From Schmidtea polychroa (taxonomy: Eukaryota), in contig CM097885.1 of the NCBI GenBank assembly GCA_044892525.1, positions 40,240,001-40,304,000 of the forward strand: a stretch of 64,000 nucleotides of DNA. Reading direction: 5' to 3'. The position numbers were made by a program, and so were the translations under genes. This document shows, piece after piece, positions 61,671 to 64,000 of this stretch (its first letter is position 1; every line of letters starts with the position of its first letter). The notes under the pieces are model-generated. The model had not been told where the DNA came from, did no database searches, and saw only the letters and a list, made by a program, of their open reading frames with translations.

Positions 61671-61879
61671 GCAAGCAAAATCAAAATAATCAAAGATTGT
61701 TCATGAAGGAAATGTTAAAATTTGTAAACAAAATCAACACCGAAATCACATTAATCAAATATTGTTCATAAAGTAAATGTCTGTCAATTTGAATAACTGG
61801 ATCGGATTGAATTGTCGAAGGTGCTGGGATTGAGGACGTATAGCAAATTGCTAGGTCCATTGAACACATAGCCGAATTG

Positions 61880-63981
61880 CTAGTATTTTCTCCTTTTCAT
61901 GACCTTGGCACTTTCGTTACGGATCCTTTGTTCTACTATGTCTGATCTGTAACTGACCACCAAAGTCTCCCGTGTACTTACCTCTTTGTACACGATTGAG
62001 GAGATGATGTACGAGCCCTCATTAGCTTCCAATACTCTGTAATCGGGGAAATTGGATACGGATACTTCATGGATTGGGCCTCCGTCGTATTCCTTGATAC
62101 GCGGTTTCCATTTGCTGTCGGGTCTTTGCCACCAAATAGGATCTTCTCTGTCGAGATCTTCCCGTATTTTGATTGAGTTGCCCCTTCCGACGAACTCGCC
62201 TTCCTTCACGATAATAGGCTCTCCTGAAATCATGGGTTCACTCTTTGTTGCCAATATCTTGGTCAATGCAGGATCTGGTGGCTGATAGTGGGTTTCTAAG
62301 AGATCGTCATCCTCATCCTGGATGGATATCCTAGGCATTTTCTTTTTTGTACTCTTAGGAATCTCCTTTTTCCTTTTCGTAGAGGTAGGGACATTTTTCT
62401 CCTTGTCCTCTTTCTGGGTGGGTTTCTCTGATGTTTTCTTTTTAAATTTTAAATCTTGTAGCTTAAGTAGTGGAGTAATGTTCCTTCTTCTGCTCCTTGT
62501 TTGGGTTCACTCAACGGGGCCAATGCTTTTAAGATCTTGGTGACCCGTTCCACTAGCTTTGCTGCTGGCGGTGATTTTTCTGTTTCCATTTTAGCCGAAT
62601 TCACCATTCTACCGTCATTGGTAAGGGTGACTTGGAGGCAGTTATCGTCTGCACTCTCGCAAGTGACATAGTCGTCTTCATCAGCAATTGAGATGGCTGG
62701 CGGCGACAAGGAATCTTCTTCCACTATTTTCAGCAACTTTGACCTGGGGATATCTTCTTTTACATAGCTCTCCATAGCTAAAGGTTTCTGCATGCTTGAG
62801 GTTCCGGGTTCCAGCTGCTTTATTTGTGAGGTCACCACCTCTTTCCGGGTATCTGGTGAAATATCATCAACCCAGATATCTCGCAAATTATCGTATATCT
62901 CCTTAATGGTTGTTACATCATTCTCCGTTTGAAGGTCCGAGAAGTGATGTGCCTCTTTACCGGTGACTGCTTTTGCCAAATATGCCAAACGGTAATACCC
63001 GTTGCATTTCTTTAAATCCCTATTTTCGAGGCATTTAGCTGCGCCTAACTCACGGATTCCGAGTGCGCGCTGGATTGGGAATCTGATTACTTCTAATAGG
63101 TCCTTTACTAGCAATCCCACGATGATTTTCCCATCGCAGATTTTCCTAATTCTTTCGGCACAGTCTTCTCCGTCGAACTGTCCGGTTATTTCTCTCTCGA
63201 TCATACCATGTGCATGCGATTGATAATGTTTGACCTGCGCTCTGGGGGTAACTCTAGTGTTGAGTATCAGATCGCCATTGAAATGTGAGATTGAGATGGC
63301 CACAATTGCCGGTTTCAGGAATTGTCGTAGTGTAGCGTAGTGAGCTGCTACGAAAATGGTGAGGTTATCCTCTTGTCTAGGGTCCAAGCGCTGTCTTACG
63401 AAAGACTTAAACGTTTTGATGTCGTTATCATTGACATTATATGTCCAATTTGGGTCATTAACCCATCTCGTTTGTGTTTCTCTGTGAGGTTCCAGAATTT
63501 CCATTGCTACGATGGTATCTATTCCTTCACATAACAGTGAGATGTTCTTTTCCCTTCCATCCCCGTTTTCAATTTCCAGGGTTGTATGCTTTTGCAGCAA
63601 AATGGGGTTTGTGGCACCAGGAACATAAACCGTAAATGGTTTGTTAATGGCTTGTAGCCACAAGTGGTTGGTCAGACTATGTCTGCCAAACTCAGGCATG
63701 ACCTCGGTAAGCCTAATACTGCCGTTATGCTTGCCCGTGATTCTTGAAATAATCATTTGACGCTTTGGGGCCTCGTCAAATTTGAAATTATTGGGTATGC
63801 CTGAACAATGTCCGTAAAACCAGTGCCTTTGTCCTTTTCTGCTTTGCTCCATTACCTGCTTCTCCAGGTTTTTATAGATAAGTTTTTCCTTTAGTAAGGT
63901 CGTAGCACGTATAATGCTATGCCTTCCTTGGTATTGGGATATTGGATGGCTTTGCATTCCTGAAATAAAAATCATTAACAA
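61880..63981 (-). CDS. Accessory ORF with degenerate REXO4/ISG20-like (DEDDh) exonuclease fold; 61880-62338 is a probable frameshifted continuation or a second ORF
   Basis: SISHFNGDLILNTRVTP..VKHYQSHAHGM..ICDGKIIVG..IRELG..RLAYLAKAVTG..ENDVTTIKEIY follows the DEDDh pattern, but the ExoI acidic residues are absent. Acceptor TTTTATTTCAG lies 2 nt before the ATG (MQSHP). Confidence 0.55.
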
Positions 63982-64000
63982 TAATATCAGATATACTGAT

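Overview
AT-rich, transposon-dense eukaryotic (probably invertebrate) DNA with no confidently identified host gene. The main feature is an apparently intact ~15.1 kb Polinton/Maverick (adintovirus-like) endogenous virus at 3734-18864. It has ~0.95 kb TIRs, an AGTAGT left end and an ATAGCG target duplication, and it encodes major and minor capsid proteins, a Zn-finger/PLA2/integrase fusion, a packaging ATPase, a pX-like core protein, an adenain protease, a fibre-like protein, a 2-TM protein and a protein-primed PolB. The most striking unexplained feature is four tRNA-sized cassettes in this element (A box, B box, T-run terminator; one resembles tRNA-Cys) that look like virus-encoded Pol III small RNAs, analogous to adenovirus VA RNAs. 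The rest of the window holds two inverted copies of an unclassified element with covarying RNA structures, a Gypsy remnant, a decayed chuvirus-like glycoprotein gene, an intact hAT transposon interrupting an orphan ORF, and several hAT and Tc1 fossils. It also holds spliced orphan ORFs linked to a dispersed ~140 nt structured motif (6 full copies plus 1 partial), and the 3' end of an LTR element carrying a degenerate DEDDh-like ORF. All calls come from reading motifs by eye; no searches were run.
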